Below, piece by piece: positions 28,866 to 38,618 of a DNA stretch of 64,000 nucleotides. The notes beneath the pieces were generated by a model that was given only the letters and a program-made list of their open reading frames with translations, did no database searches and was not told where the DNA came from. This DNA is from Candidatus Latescibacterota bacterium. Its GTDB lineage: Bacteria > Latescibacterota > UBA2968 > UBA8231. The position numbers were made by a program, and so were the translations under genes. The DNA lies in assembly GCA_965243025.1 (NCBI GenBank), contig CBDETY010000003.1, positions 6,688,001 to 6,752,000 of the forward strand. Direction: 5' to 3'. Numbering within the stretch: the stretch's first letter is position 1; every line of letters starts with the position of its first letter.

Positions 28866-30776
28866 ATGACCCCGAGATGCCTCGTCGCCGGGCTGCTGCT
28901 CTCCTGCTTCGTCGGTGTTGCCGGTCCCTATATCGGCATTTACCTGCAGGGATCGAACGCCGGCGGCGTGTACTACACCAGCCCGGTCGCCCTCTTCTCC
29001 TTCATCATCATCACCGGTCTGGCCAACCTCCTGATCGGGGCGGTGCACAGGCCGTGGATGTTCCGGAGAGGCGAGCTCGTCGCCGTTTTCGTCATGATGA
29101 CCCTGGCCAACGCCGGCCTCAACCCGATTCACTACTGGCTGGGGGCGATAACCGGCCCGTACTATTACGCCACGGCCGAGAACAAGTGGGCGGAGATTCT
29201 CCATCCCTGCATCCCCGACTGGATCGCCCCGCGCGACCCGGCGTCGGTCAGCGCCTTCTACGAGGGGGTCGAGGGCGGTTCCGGGGCCATCGACTGGCAG
29301 GTCTGGGCCGGCCCCATCCTCTCCTGGATGCCGTTCGCGGTCGCTTTCTACACGGTCACGCTCTGCCTGATGGTGGTGGTGCGGCGGCAGTGGATGGACC
29401 GGGAACGGCTGATCTACCCGATCGTCCAGGTGCCCCTGGCGATGGTTCAGGACGACGACAGGGGCTCGCTGGTCAAACCTTTCTTCCGCAGCTGGCCGAT
29501 GTGGATCGGCTTCTCGATACCGGTGGCGGTCGGGGCCCTGCGCGGCCTCGGCACCTACTATCCGCATCTGCCCGACATCGAGCTGGCGACCAACATCGTC
29601 CTGGCCCGGGACGGCATCACCATCCCCTTGCGGCTGAGCTTCGCCACCCTCGGGTTCTTCTTCTTCATCAAGCGGGAAGTGTCGTTCGGCCTATGGGCTT
29701 TCTTCCTCCTCAACACGCTGCAGAAGGCGGTTTACACCAGGCTGGGCGTCGGCCTGGAAGCCGAGCCCGTCATCGGCGCCTGGAGCTACAACAGCCCGAG
29801 TCTCGTCCACCAGGGAATGGGGGGAATGATCGTCCTCGTGCTGGGGGGGCTCTACGCCGGCAGGGAGCACATTTGCAACGTGTTCCGCAAGGCCTTCCGG
29901 GGCGCCCCCGACGTCGACGACGGCGACGAGATCATCTCCTACCGCGGGGCGGTCTTCGGTCTTCTCGGGGGTCTTTCCGTAATGACCTTCTGGCTCTGGA
30001 TGACGGGGATTCCCCTGCTCGGGGTGCTGGTGTTCCTGTTCTGCGCCTTCGTCGTCTTCATCGCGCTGACCCGACTCGTGGCCGAAGGGGGGGTGGCGGT
30101 CATCTACCCTCCCATGATCGCTCCCGACGCAGCCCTGTCGGCGATGGGGGCTTCCTTCTACGGGGCGTCGGGGATAACGGCGCTCATGTTCACCCGGGTA
30201 TGGTCGAACGACATCCTGAACTTCCTGATGCCCCACTGCGCCAACGGTCTCAAGCTCAGCGAACAGATAGGGGCCCGACGGCGCTGGCTGTTCTGGGGGA
30301 TGATCCTTTCCAGCCTTGCGGGCTTGGCGGGTGCCCTGTGGATGGTCCTGAGGCTGACGTACGCGGACGGCGGCATCAACCTGAGGTACTGGAACTACGT
30401 GTGGATGCCCAACTACCTGCCGGGCTACACCGCGGCGCGCATCACCGAGTGGGCCGGGCCCAACTGGCTGGGCTGGCTGCATACCGGGGTCGGGGCGACG
30501 GTGATGGGACTGCTGATGCTGGCGCGCAGGACGTGGGGCTGGTGGCCGCTGCACCCGATCGGTTTCCCGATCAGCTCGACCTTCAGCTGGATGGCTTCCA
30601 ACGCCTTCTTTGCCTGGTGCCTGAAGGGGGTTGTCCTGAAGTACGGGGGCCCGCCGCTCTACACCTCGGTGCGCCCCTTCTTCTGGGGACTGATTCTGGG
30701 GCAGTTCGCGATCTGCGGAATCTTCTGGATAATCGACGCCTTCACCGGCAACATCGGCAACTACATCTTCGCCTAG
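28866..30776 (+). CDS. Multi-pass membrane protein, DUF6785/DUF6784-like putative transporter, copy B
   Basis: Tandem paralog of 26945..28852 over its full length, with the same motifs. Confidence 0.8.
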   Translation: MTPRCLVAGLLLSCFVGVAGPYIGIYLQGSNAGGVYYTSPVALFSFIIITGLANLLIGAVHRPWMFRRGELVAVFVMMTLANAGLNPIHYWLGAITGPYYYATAENKWAEILHPCIPDWIAPRDPASVSAFYEGVEGGSGAIDWQVWAGPILSWMPFAVAFYTVTLCLMVVVRRQWMDRERLIYPIVQVPLAMVQDDDRGSLVKPFFRSWPMWIGFSIPVAVGALRGLGTYYPHLPDIELATNIVLARDGITIPLRLSFATLGFFFFIKREVSFGLWAFFLLNTLQKAVYTRLGVGLEAEPVIGAWSYNSPSLVHQGMGGMIVLVLGGLYAGREHICNVFRKAFRGAPDVDDGDEIISYRGAVFGLLGGLSVMTFWLWMTGIPLLGVLVFLFCAFVVFIALTRLVAEGGVAVIYPPMIAPDAALSAMGASFYGASGITALMFTRVWSNDILNFLMPHCANGLKLSEQIGARRRWLFWGMILSSLAGLAGALWMVLRLTYADGGINLRYWNYVWMPNYLPGYTAARITEWAGPNWLGWLHTGVGATVMGLLMLARRTWGWWPLHPIGFPISSTFSWMASNAFFAWCLKGVVLKYGGPPLYTSVRPFFWGLILGQFAICGIFWIIDAFTGNIGNYIFA

Positions 30777-30963
30777 TGCATGCGCGGGCAGGCACCGAGG
30801 CCTGCCTCCGGGGTCCCGCAGTTCCTCGAGGGTCTTCGCCTCATTTTTCGAGGCGCGGTTTTGCGGCCCGGGGGATCCGCGCCGGGGACACGGGGATCCC
30901 GGGGTCCGGGGCGCGGTCCCGGCGGCGGCACGACACCCCGGATGGGGGAGTCCCGGGGGGCCC

Positions 30964-31785
30964 TTACCGGTCGGGCCAGCCGTAGGCCGCCTTCGCGTTT
31001 TTCCAGAAAAACTTCTCCGCCGCCTCCGGGCCCTTCTCTTCGAAGTACTGTTTCAGGTTGCCGATGCCCTCCGAGTACGAGCAGCCCTTCTCGCTCACCG
31101 GCCAGTTGCTGCCGTACATCAGGCGGTCTTCACCGAATGCGTCCCACATGGCATCGAGTGTCGGACGGTAATGGTCGAGACCGCGGCCGCCCCTGCTGGA
31201 GAACCCGACCGCCTTCATGCAGGCATGGGGGTGCCGGGCGAAGGCGTTGAGCTGGTCGACCCACTCCGGGCTCGGCCGCTCCCCGTCCTCTGCGGAGTTG
31301 CCGGCGATCGCTTCGAACACGATCCGCAGGGAGGGATGCTCCTCCATGACGGCGAGCATCTGCGCCGGCATCTCGGGCTCGATGATCAGCGCGTCGAGGA
31401 CGAGGCCCATGTCGGCGAGCACCGCCATGTCGTCGAGAAACCCCTTTTCGAAATCCCAGGGGGGCCAGATGCGGACGCCCCGGAACAGGGGGTTGGCGGC
31501 AAAACGCTCGACCTGCCCGGAGAAACGGGGGGTCTGGTCCTGCAGGCGGCCGACGTAGGCGACGATTGCGGGGTCGTCGGCGGCGATGTCGAGGACCCAC
31601 TGGTTGCACTCGACGGTGCAGTCCGCTTCGACGACAACGGTCCCGGTGACGCCGTGGGGGGATGCGACCTCCAGGAAATGCTCCGGCAGGACGGTCCGGT
31701 AGAGCAGGGCGTCGTCCTCGGGCGGCCAGGGAACCCCCTCCGGCCGCGACGGATCGTAGATATGGGTGTGGGTGTCGATGATCAT
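30964..31785 (-). CDS. Amidohydrolase_2 family protein (sugar lactonase-like)
   Basis: MIIDTHTH metal motif, GTVVVEA, N-Q-W-V-L-D and FGEDRLMYGSNWPV. GAGG RBS. Confidence 0.88.
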   Translation of the reverse strand: MIIDTHTHIYDPSRPEGVPWPPEDDALLYRTVLPEHFLEVASPHGVTGTVVVEADCTVECNQWVLDIAADDPAIVAYVGRLQDQTPRFSGQVERFAANPLFRGVRIWPPWDFEKGFLDDMAVLADMGLVLDALIIEPEMPAQMLAVMEEHPSLRIVFEAIAGNSAEDGERPSPEWVDQLNAFARHPHACMKAVGFSSRGGRGLDHYRPTLDAMWDAFGEDRLMYGSNWPVSEKGCSYSEGIGNLKQYFEEKGPEAAEKFFWKNAKAAYGWPDR

Positions 31786-31950
31786 GCCGCCCTCGTCTCC
31801 GTGTGTCTGCGTGGTTCCGCCCAAGGTAAGGATGCTTGAACCGGTGGGACAGGCGGCGCCGGTTCTTGCCGGGGCGGCCTCGCCTGGTTTGTTTGAGTCG
31901 CAGGCCCTGCGGGATCTTCCCGGGGCAAAGGGAACGCGAACAGAGGGAGA

Positions 31951-32979
31951 ATGCCGGCGACAACCGCGGTAATCGGCGCAGGCGTGATGGGCCGGATCCA
32001 TCTCGGGATCCTCACCGGCCTGGAGGGTGCGAAGTTGGCCGCACTCGTGGAGCCGGACGCCGGCGCGCGGGACGCGGTCTCCGCCGAGTTCGGAATCCGG
32101 GGATACGGCGACCTCGGGGAAATGCTGGGGGTGGAGAAGCCGGAGTACGTGGTGGTGTCGTCGCCGCCGCTCTACCACGCGGAGCAGAGTATCGCCGCGC
32201 TCGAGGCCGGCGCCCACGTGCTGTGCGAGAAGCCGCTGTGCATGAGCGTCGCCGAGACCGGGGCGATATACGACGCCGCCGAGCGCGCCGGGCGGTTGTT
32301 CACGGTCGGTTTCCACCGGCGCTTCTTACCGAGGACGCGGGCCATCAAGCGCTTCCTCGACGCGGGAAAGCTCGGGCAGATCTACCACACCCGGGTCTTC
32401 GGCGGCCACGTCATGCACTACCCCTGGGGCCGTTTTCACCACAAAAGGGAATACTCTCTGGGCGGGGTGATCGCGGCCAGCACCATCCATACCCTCGACG
32501 AAGCGATTTTCGTTCTCGGTGCGACCGACCCGGTGGCGGTGAGCGCCAGCACCTGCCGCCGCATCGCCGAGATGCCGGACCCGCCCATCCACTTCGAAGG
32601 CGCCCCCGCCGACGTCACCGTCGAAGATTTCGCCCACGCCCATGTCCGTTTCTCCGACGGCTCATCGATGTCGGTGGAGGGGAACTGGTTCATGCATCCC
32701 ACCGGCCGTCCGTCGGGGTTCGAGATCCTCGGCACCTCGGGAGTGATCCGCGACGACAGCGACGAGGTCGAGCTCGAGCGTGGGGAGGAGATCGTCGGCG
32801 AACGGCTCGAGATCGAAGGCGAGACGGGCAACCCGTACCGGCAGGAACACGCCGGCCTCATCGCCGCCATCGCCGGCGGGGAGGGGAACCTGGTCAGCCG
32901 CGCCGAGGCGCTTGCGGTAATGAAGATCGTGACCGGGATCTACGCCTCGGCAGAGGCCGGGGCCGAGGTGCGGCTGTAG
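31951..32979 (+). CDS. Gfo/Idh/MocA family oxidoreductase
   Basis: VIGAGVMG and HVLCEKP. Close paralog of 16083..17117. Confidence 0.92.
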   Translation: MPATTAVIGAGVMGRIHLGILTGLEGAKLAALVEPDAGARDAVSAEFGIRGYGDLGEMLGVEKPEYVVVSSPPLYHAEQSIAALEAGAHVLCEKPLCMSVAETGAIYDAAERAGRLFTVGFHRRFLPRTRAIKRFLDAGKLGQIYHTRVFGGHVMHYPWGRFHHKREYSLGGVIAASTIHTLDEAIFVLGATDPVAVSASTCRRIAEMPDPPIHFEGAPADVTVEDFAHAHVRFSDGSSMSVEGNWFMHPTGRPSGFEILGTSGVIRDDSDEVELERGEEIVGERLEIEGETGNPYRQEHAGLIAAIAGGEGNLVSRAEALAVMKIVTGIYASAEAGAEVRL

Positions 32980-33006
32980 CCGGGAGCCTCTGCGGGAGCG
33001 GGCGCG

Positions 33007-34020
33007 ATGGAGTACCGGAACCTGGGAAAATGCGGAGTCAAGGTGTCGCCGCTCTGCCTCGGCACCGGGTTCCGCTCGTACTGGCACAACCTCACCGACG
33101 AGAAGACCTGCTCCGAGGTCATCCACGCCCTGATCGCTCACGGGGGCAACTTCATCGACTGCGCCAACTACTATTTCCAGGGGCGCTGCGAAGAGGTGGT
33201 GGGCAAAACCCTGAAGGGGCTCAGGGGCAGACGGGACGACCTCGTCATCACGACCAAGGTGTGCGCGCGGATCGGACCCGGACCGAACGACGGGGGGCTG
33301 TCACGCTACCACATCATGAGGGAGGTCGAGCGCAGCCTGAAAAGACTGCGGACCGACCACGTCGACATCTACCTCCTGCACGGTCCCGACGGGGAGACGC
33401 CGGTGGAGGAGACGCTGCGGGCGCTGGACGATCTCCTGCGCCAGGGAAAAGCCCGGTATTTCGGCGCCTGCAACCACACACCTGCCCAGGTCCTCGAAAG
33501 CCTGGCGCTCAGCGCCAGACACCACCTCGACTCCTTCGTCTGCCTGCAGAACGGGTACAACCTGCTGAACCGGAGAATCGAAGCGGAGCTGCTCGACTGC
33601 TGCCGCCGCCACGGCCTCGGGCTGATGACTTTCAGTCCGCTGGCGATCGGCCTGTTGAGCGGGCGCTACCGCAAGGGAACCCCGGCACCCGAACGCAGCA
33701 TCTGGAACACCGGGCGGGAGGATCCGGGCAAGTCGACCTGGGACGGCACCCGGGACGATTTCGGGGCGCTCGTCGAGCAGGCGGACGGCGTAATCGGTGC
33801 GCTCGTCGAGGTCGCCGCGGAGCTGGACAGGACGCCGGGGCAGGTGGCGGTCGCCTGGGTGCTCGACCATCCCGAAGTGACTTCGGCCATCATCGGACCG
33901 GATTTGCCCGAACATGTGGAGGATGCGTTCGGCGCCGTCGGCTGGGAGCTCCCCGGAGAAGCGAGACAAAGGCTCGACGAGGCGTCAGCCGCCTGCCGGC
34001 TGAGCTCCATCCCCGACTGA
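33007..34020 (+). CDS. Aldo/keto reductase
   Basis: MEYRNLG..GVKVSPLCLG, FIDCANYY, TTKV, SLKRLRTDHVDIYLLH and SPLAIGLLSG. Confidence 0.93.
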   Translation: MEYRNLGKCGVKVSPLCLGTGFRSYWHNLTDEKTCSEVIHALIAHGGNFIDCANYYFQGRCEEVVGKTLKGLRGRRDDLVITTKVCARIGPGPNDGGLSRYHIMREVERSLKRLRTDHVDIYLLHGPDGETPVEETLRALDDLLRQGKARYFGACNHTPAQVLESLALSARHHLDSFVCLQNGYNLLNRRIEAELLDCCRRHGLGLMTFSPLAIGLLSGRYRKGTPAPERSIWNTGREDPGKSTWDGTRDDFGALVEQADGVIGALVEVAAELDRTPGQVAVAWVLDHPEVTSAIIGPDLPEHVEDAFGAVGWELPGEARQRLDEASAACRLSSIPD

Positions 34021-34038
34021 CCGCCGGGTTGGCGGTCA
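34018..34038. terminator. Short hairpin formed across two convergent stop codons
   Basis: TGACCGCC-gggtt-GGCGGTCA, an 8-bp perfect stem with no U-tract. Confidence 0.3.
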
Positions 34039-34824
34039 ATCGAGCAGGAACTGCGACAGGTAGCGGTAGCTCGCCCGCAGGCCCGCTTCCCGTTTCCGCG
34101 TCACCCACATGGCCGAGTGCGGCTCGACGGCGACGGCACCTTCGTATTCCGCTTCGTGCAGAAGGGCGAACAGCGGACCCCATTCGGTCTGGCCGAACCC
34201 GGGGTTGGGGTCGGCGGCCATGCGGTTTCCGATCTTCAGGAAGTCCTTGGCGTGGAAATGAAGAAACCAGCGCCCCCATTCCTCGGTCTCGGCGAGGTAG
34301 TCCCGGCCTTCGTACGCCGAATGGGAAGGGTCGTACTTGATCCCGGCTCCCGGAAGCTGCGGCAGCACCCGGGCCCACATCGAAGGGGACCTGACGCGAT
34401 TGGCCGTCTTGCACGTGATGAAGGCGAGGCGGCGACCCGCGGCGCAGGCGCGCTCGAGCCGCGGTCCGAAAACCGCAACAGTTCGCATCGCCACCTCGTC
34501 GTCGCCGGAGGGGTGCAACCCGGATCCCGTGTACAGTACCGGGGCGTCCAGCTCCGCGGCGACCTCCAGGGCGGCGTCGAAGCGGTCCTCGCTGAGCTGT
34601 CGCAGCCCCTCCTCGTCGCTGATCGGAAACTCGTCGTTGTGCAGTGCTACGGCAGATACGGCGACCGGACTGTCTCTCAGAGCTTTTGCGAACTCCGCTT
34701 TGCCGGGAAACTCCACGGGATCTTCGCCGCGCACGGAAAGGAACACCTCGACGTTCGTGTAGCCGATTTCGGCGGCCAGCTCGAGATCGGCAGGGGTCTT
34801 GTCGCAGATGAATCCAAGCTGCAT
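34036..34824 (-). CDS. Sugar phosphate isomerase/epimerase (xylose-isomerase-like TIM barrel)
   Basis: GIKYDPSH, HFHAKD, PGFGQTEW and VAVEPH metal-ligand pattern. Confidence 0.87.
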   Translation of the reverse strand: MQLGFICDKTPADLELAAEIGYTNVEVFLSVRGEDPVEFPGKAEFAKALRDSPVAVSAVALHNDEFPISDEEGLRQLSEDRFDAALEVAAELDAPVLYTGSGLHPSGDDEVAMRTVAVFGPRLERACAAGRRLAFITCKTANRVRSPSMWARVLPQLPGAGIKYDPSHSAYEGRDYLAETEEWGRWFLHFHAKDFLKIGNRMAADPNPGFGQTEWGPLFALLHEAEYEGAVAVEPHSAMWVTRKREAGLRASYRYLSQFLLD

Positions 34825-34842
34825 CGGAGGTCTCCGGGGGGA

Positions 34843-36567
34843 TCAGTAACAGCGGTACGTTGCGATCAGTCTTTTCTCGACCGGGCGATGGCCGCCCCGC
34901 GGCCGGGTGCGCTCCAGCATATAGTAGATTTCGAAGAACAGCAATCGCTTCCCCCCGCTCCACGCCGCCTCGCCGAAGCGCTCCTTGTCCGCCCGTTCGT
35001 ACACCCGGGTCAGGTAGCCGCTGAACAGCTTGCGGTGGCGGCTGCCCTCCTCCATCCAGAGGCGGTACAGGTACTTGCGCCATCTCGCGGAGGGGTAGGC
35101 GTCGACGACGGGGTCCGGCTTCTCCCAGGTCTTTCCGGTAACCGCGGCCGATTCGCCGGTGCGGAACCCCCCGCGGTTGTAGAGCTCCTCGACAGTGCCG
35201 TCGACGCGGGTGCCGATGATGACGAACCACCCGTCTTCAACCATGGGAGAGGGGGCGAACATTCCCCACGACTGTTTCAGCCGCAGGGCCTTCAGCGGCC
35301 CGTCGAGGGCGCGGTACCAGTCCCATTCGATCCAGTTGGGCTGCCGCGGCGGGTTCCGCGGGTCGTACCCGGGTGGTCTGCCCAACAGGCCCATATCCTG
35401 CAGGCCGGAAACGAGATCCTCCTTGAAGAAGCTCCCCCGGTCGACGTCGAGCCGGTGCGCGGTCCCGACCGCGACGATGGCGATCAGAAGCGCGCAGATC
35501 CACTGTTCCGCCCTGTTCCGCCAGGTCGGGCCGGCCAGGGGCTGCGAGGGCCGCATCCATTTTCCCGCCCGGGACAGGGTCGGGTGCCAGCCGGCGGCCA
35601 GGCGTCGGATGCGGTCGCCGGCGGACCGCAGCAGGGGTGCCTTCATGGACGGCAGCCACTCCCAGAAACAGGGCGGGATGAAGGCCAGCCAGAAGACGAT
35701 GCTCGCGGCGCTGAAGGCGGCCAGGTTCAGGCAGATGCCGAAACCGGCGTGCAGCCCCGCCATCATTCCCGCGGCGAGCAGCCGCTGCCATCCCCGGGAG
35801 AGCGGCAGCACCAGCAGCAACGGACCGAGGAACTCGAACGCCATGGTCAGCCAGGTGAGAAGGGGCGGCAGCCAGGCGGCCTCCCTCAGCAGGATGCCGG
35901 CCGGCAGGGCGAACTGGTCGCTTTCGAGGGCCATGCCGACGGCGCGTCCCTGCCACCAGTCCGGATGCCATTTCAGCAGCAGGGTAGACCAGTAGAGAAA
36001 GCAGGTCTGCAGCACCAGGGCGGCGGTGCCGGCGGACAGCCACGGCGGGAGGCGGGAGCGGTCCCCGCCGGCGAGGGCGCTGTCGACGGACCAGCGGGCG
36101 CCGAGAGGCAGGAACAGGCTCCACAGCAGGAGGGTGCGCAGGAGCTGGTCGCCGCCGTGTCCGACGAATTCGTTGCGGTGTTGGACGCTTACTACAAGAA
36201 GCCAGCAGAGGACGGCCGCCGGACGGGTGCGGTATCCGGCAAGCAGGCAGAGGGCCAGGGCGAGCTGGACCGCAAACAGCAGAACCACGGCGCCGCTCTG
36301 GCCGGAAAAGGCGTGCAGGGTCCAGTCCCAGGGATCGGCGAACTCGGAGAACAGGACGCTGCGCGGCAGGATGCCGAAATCGCCGTAGAAGCTTTCGGCA
36401 TCGCCGATGCGCTGGACCAGGTCGCAGGAAAGCACCACCCCGAGGCCCATTCGGAAGAGGGCGAGGGAACGGAGGTCGAGCCCGAAGACGGCGCGCAGGA
36501 ACCGCTTCCCCGGCCCCTCCATGGCACCCGGCCCGGCGCTTTCTTGACAGTCGGAAGCGGCCATCAC
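34843..36567 (-). CDS. HTTM-domain membrane protein (vitamin K-dependent gamma-carboxylase-like TM region)
   Basis: FGLDLRSLALFR, GYRTR, SVQHRN..GGDQLLR, FLPLGARWSVD, K....W..G.A and QSWGMFAP. The start may be 36522. Confidence 0.85.
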   Translation of the reverse strand: MMAASDCQESAGPGAMEGPGKRFLRAVFGLDLRSLALFRMGLGVVLSCDLVQRIGDAESFYGDFGILPRSVLFSEFADPWDWTLHAFSGQSGAVVLLFAVQLALALCLLAGYRTRPAAVLCWLLVVSVQHRNEFVGHGGDQLLRTLLLWSLFLPLGARWSVDSALAGGDRSRLPPWLSAGTAALVLQTCFLYWSTLLLKWHPDWWQGRAVGMALESDQFALPAGILLREAAWLPPLLTWLTMAFEFLGPLLLVLPLSRGWQRLLAAGMMAGLHAGFGICLNLAAFSAASIVFWLAFIPPCFWEWLPSMKAPLLRSAGDRIRRLAAGWHPTLSRAGKWMRPSQPLAGPTWRNRAEQWICALLIAIVAVGTAHRLDVDRGSFFKEDLVSGLQDMGLLGRPPGYDPRNPPRQPNWIEWDWYRALDGPLKALRLKQSWGMFAPSPMVEDGWFVIIGTRVDGTVEELYNRGGFRTGESAAVTGKTWEKPDPVVDAYPSARWRKYLYRLWMEEGSRHRKLFSGYLTRVYERADKERFGEAAWSGGKRLLFFEIYYMLERTRPRGGHRPVEKRLIATYRCY

Positions 36568-36680
36568 ACCATTCCAGCCAATCGGGGACCCTCGCGGGCG
36601 ACGGCGGCCAGGCTTCCGGCAGGGCGCCGCCGCTCACTCCCTCGGGCCACCACGGTCGGTCACTTTCATCGGAGGAAGAA

Positions 36681-37334
36681 ATGGCACTTGCGGTCTACGA
36701 TTTTCGCAACGAGGAAGATATCTGCCAGATGCTGGTCTGTCCCCCGATCCGCGCCCGTTTCCTGCGCATCGAACCCGGTGCGGTCCGCACGGATCAGCAG
36801 CACAGCCACGATCTCGGGCACGAGGTCTTCCTCATCCTGCAGGGCCGCTGCGAGTTCACCATCTCCGGGGAGACGGCGGTGCTCGAGCCGGGGCAGCTTT
36901 GCGTGGCCCTGGCAGACGAGCCGCACGCGGTCCGCGTCATCGGCGACGAGCCGGTGATCATGTACCTGTCGGTCACACCCCACGTGCAGCCGACCCACAC
37001 CGGCCGCGAAGCCGACGGCAGCCGCCACCCCTTGAGTTTCTCACCAAATACCGCGTACGGCGTCGAGACCGACACGACCACTCCTGCGGCCGAGCTCGTC
37101 GACCGCTTCGTGGCCGCGACCGACGCCTGCGCGAGGATGCTGCGGGATGCCGCCGACAGGCAGGAAGAGGTGGCGGCGAACCTCAAGAACTCCCTGGCCG
37201 ACGGCGACCACGAGCGGATGGAGCAGTGCCGCAACCAGATGTTCGAGGGGATCTACGACGGTTTCAGGCAGCTCTACGACCTGGGCGATCTCTGGAACAC
37301 CCTCTCCCCGCGCATAAGCAACTTCGGAAAGTAG
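36681..37334 (+). CDS. Cupin-domain protein with helical C-terminal extension
   Basis: GGAGG RBS. HSHDLGHEVFLILQG...EPHAV cupin motifs. Confidence 0.85.
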   Translation: MALAVYDFRNEEDICQMLVCPPIRARFLRIEPGAVRTDQQHSHDLGHEVFLILQGRCEFTISGETAVLEPGQLCVALADEPHAVRVIGDEPVIMYLSVTPHVQPTHTGREADGSRHPLSFSPNTAYGVETDTTTPAAELVDRFVAATDACARMLRDAADRQEEVAANLKNSLADGDHERMEQCRNQMFEGIYDGFRQLYDLGDLWNTLSPRISNFGK

Positions 37335-37344
37335 TCCGGGGAAA

Positions 37345-38616
37345 TCAGTCCTCCTCCAGGCCGTGGTACTCGTCGATCTCCGCCTGGTACTGGCGGACTT
37401 CTCCCGACAGCATCTCCTTCATGCTCACGGCGCGTCCGGCGAGGTCTGATTCGTAGGCCCCCATGATGGCCGCCATCGCCTTCATGCCCCCTTCCCCGTC
37501 GACCTCGGGGGGGCGGCCGTCGATGATCGCCTCGCCGAAGTCGTGGTATTCAATCGCCAGGTGCTTGGCATCGACGAGAATCGCAGGAGAGATCCGGCTG
37601 CCGGTCGGCGGCTCGTACTGAACCCCGTCCCTGCCGAACAGGCGCACGGCGATCTCGTCGAGCTCGAAGCCGGGAAGCTCGGCCAGGATCTCCTTGCCCC
37701 GCAGTTCCCTGTCCTCGAGACGCAGCAGCACCGGTCCTCCGGTGCGTTCACCCTGCGGCGCGTAGATCGCGCCCCAGCGCCCGTGTATGCTGCGCTCCCA
37801 GCCGCGGCTGCCGCGGCCCCCGGCGAAGGACAGCTGCACCACCGCTCCCGACTCCATGGTGTAGCAGGCGATGACCGAATCCGCTCCCGTCGCTTGGATC
37901 GTCTCCGGGTACAGCTTGTTGCGCTCGCGGTGCGACGAGAGCGGATCGTTCTCGGCGTTCGGCCGTTTCCGCAGGGGCTCGACGATAAGTCCCTTGCCGA
38001 AGATCAGGTCGTATTCCCCGAGGAAATACTGGAACAGGTCGGCGTAGTGGACCCCCATGTCCATGCCGATGGCGCCCATCACCTTGAGATGGCGCCAGGG
38101 GGTGGCCGCCATGGTGTCGCCGTGTCCGAGGGCGGTCTGGATCATGAGGTGCGGCTCGCCGATCAGGCCGTGATCGATGATTGCCCGGATAAGCCGCATG
38201 ACCGGATCCCGCCGGTAGTTTTCCGCCGTGGCGAGGACGGCGTTGTTCTCGCGGGAGGCCTTGATCATCGCCTTGCATGCGCGCACCGAGACACCGAGCG
38301 GTTTCTCGACGATGGCGTGCTTTCCCGCCTCGAGGGCGGCAACGGCTACCTTGTGATGCGAAGCGCCGTCGGTAACGACGTCGACCGCGGCGATATCCGG
38401 GTGCGCGAGCGCTTTTTCCAGGTCGTCGAAGACCATCGGCTTCTCGCCCAGAAGCCCGGCGGCTTCATTGGCCACGAGCTCGGCCATGTCCCTGTTGATA
38501 TCGCAAACAGCGACGACCTCGAGATTGCCTATCCCCGTGTTTTTGAGTTCCTTGTACCCCAGCATGTGGCGATGGCCCATGCCCCCGCATCCGACTACGC
38601 AAATCGGAATCTGCAT
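37345..38616 (-). CDS. Gfo/Idh/MocA family oxidoreductase
   Basis: GAGGAG RBS. VVGCGGMGHRH, HAIVEKP, AENYRRDP and DMGVHYAD. Confidence 0.92.
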   Translation of the reverse strand: MQIPICVVGCGGMGHRHMLGYKELKNTGIGNLEVVAVCDINRDMAELVANEAAGLLGEKPMVFDDLEKALAHPDIAAVDVVTDGASHHKVAVAALEAGKHAIVEKPLGVSVRACKAMIKASRENNAVLATAENYRRDPVMRLIRAIIDHGLIGEPHLMIQTALGHGDTMAATPWRHLKVMGAIGMDMGVHYADLFQYFLGEYDLIFGKGLIVEPLRKRPNAENDPLSSHRERNKLYPETIQATGADSVIACYTMESGAVVQLSFAGGRGSRGWERSIHGRWGAIYAPQGERTGGPVLLRLEDRELRGKEILAELPGFELDEIAVRLFGRDGVQYEPPTGSRISPAILVDAKHLAIEYHDFGEAIIDGRPPEVDGEGGMKAMAAIMGAYESDLAGRAVSMKEMLSGEVRQYQAEIDEYHGLEED

Positions 38617-38618
38617 TT

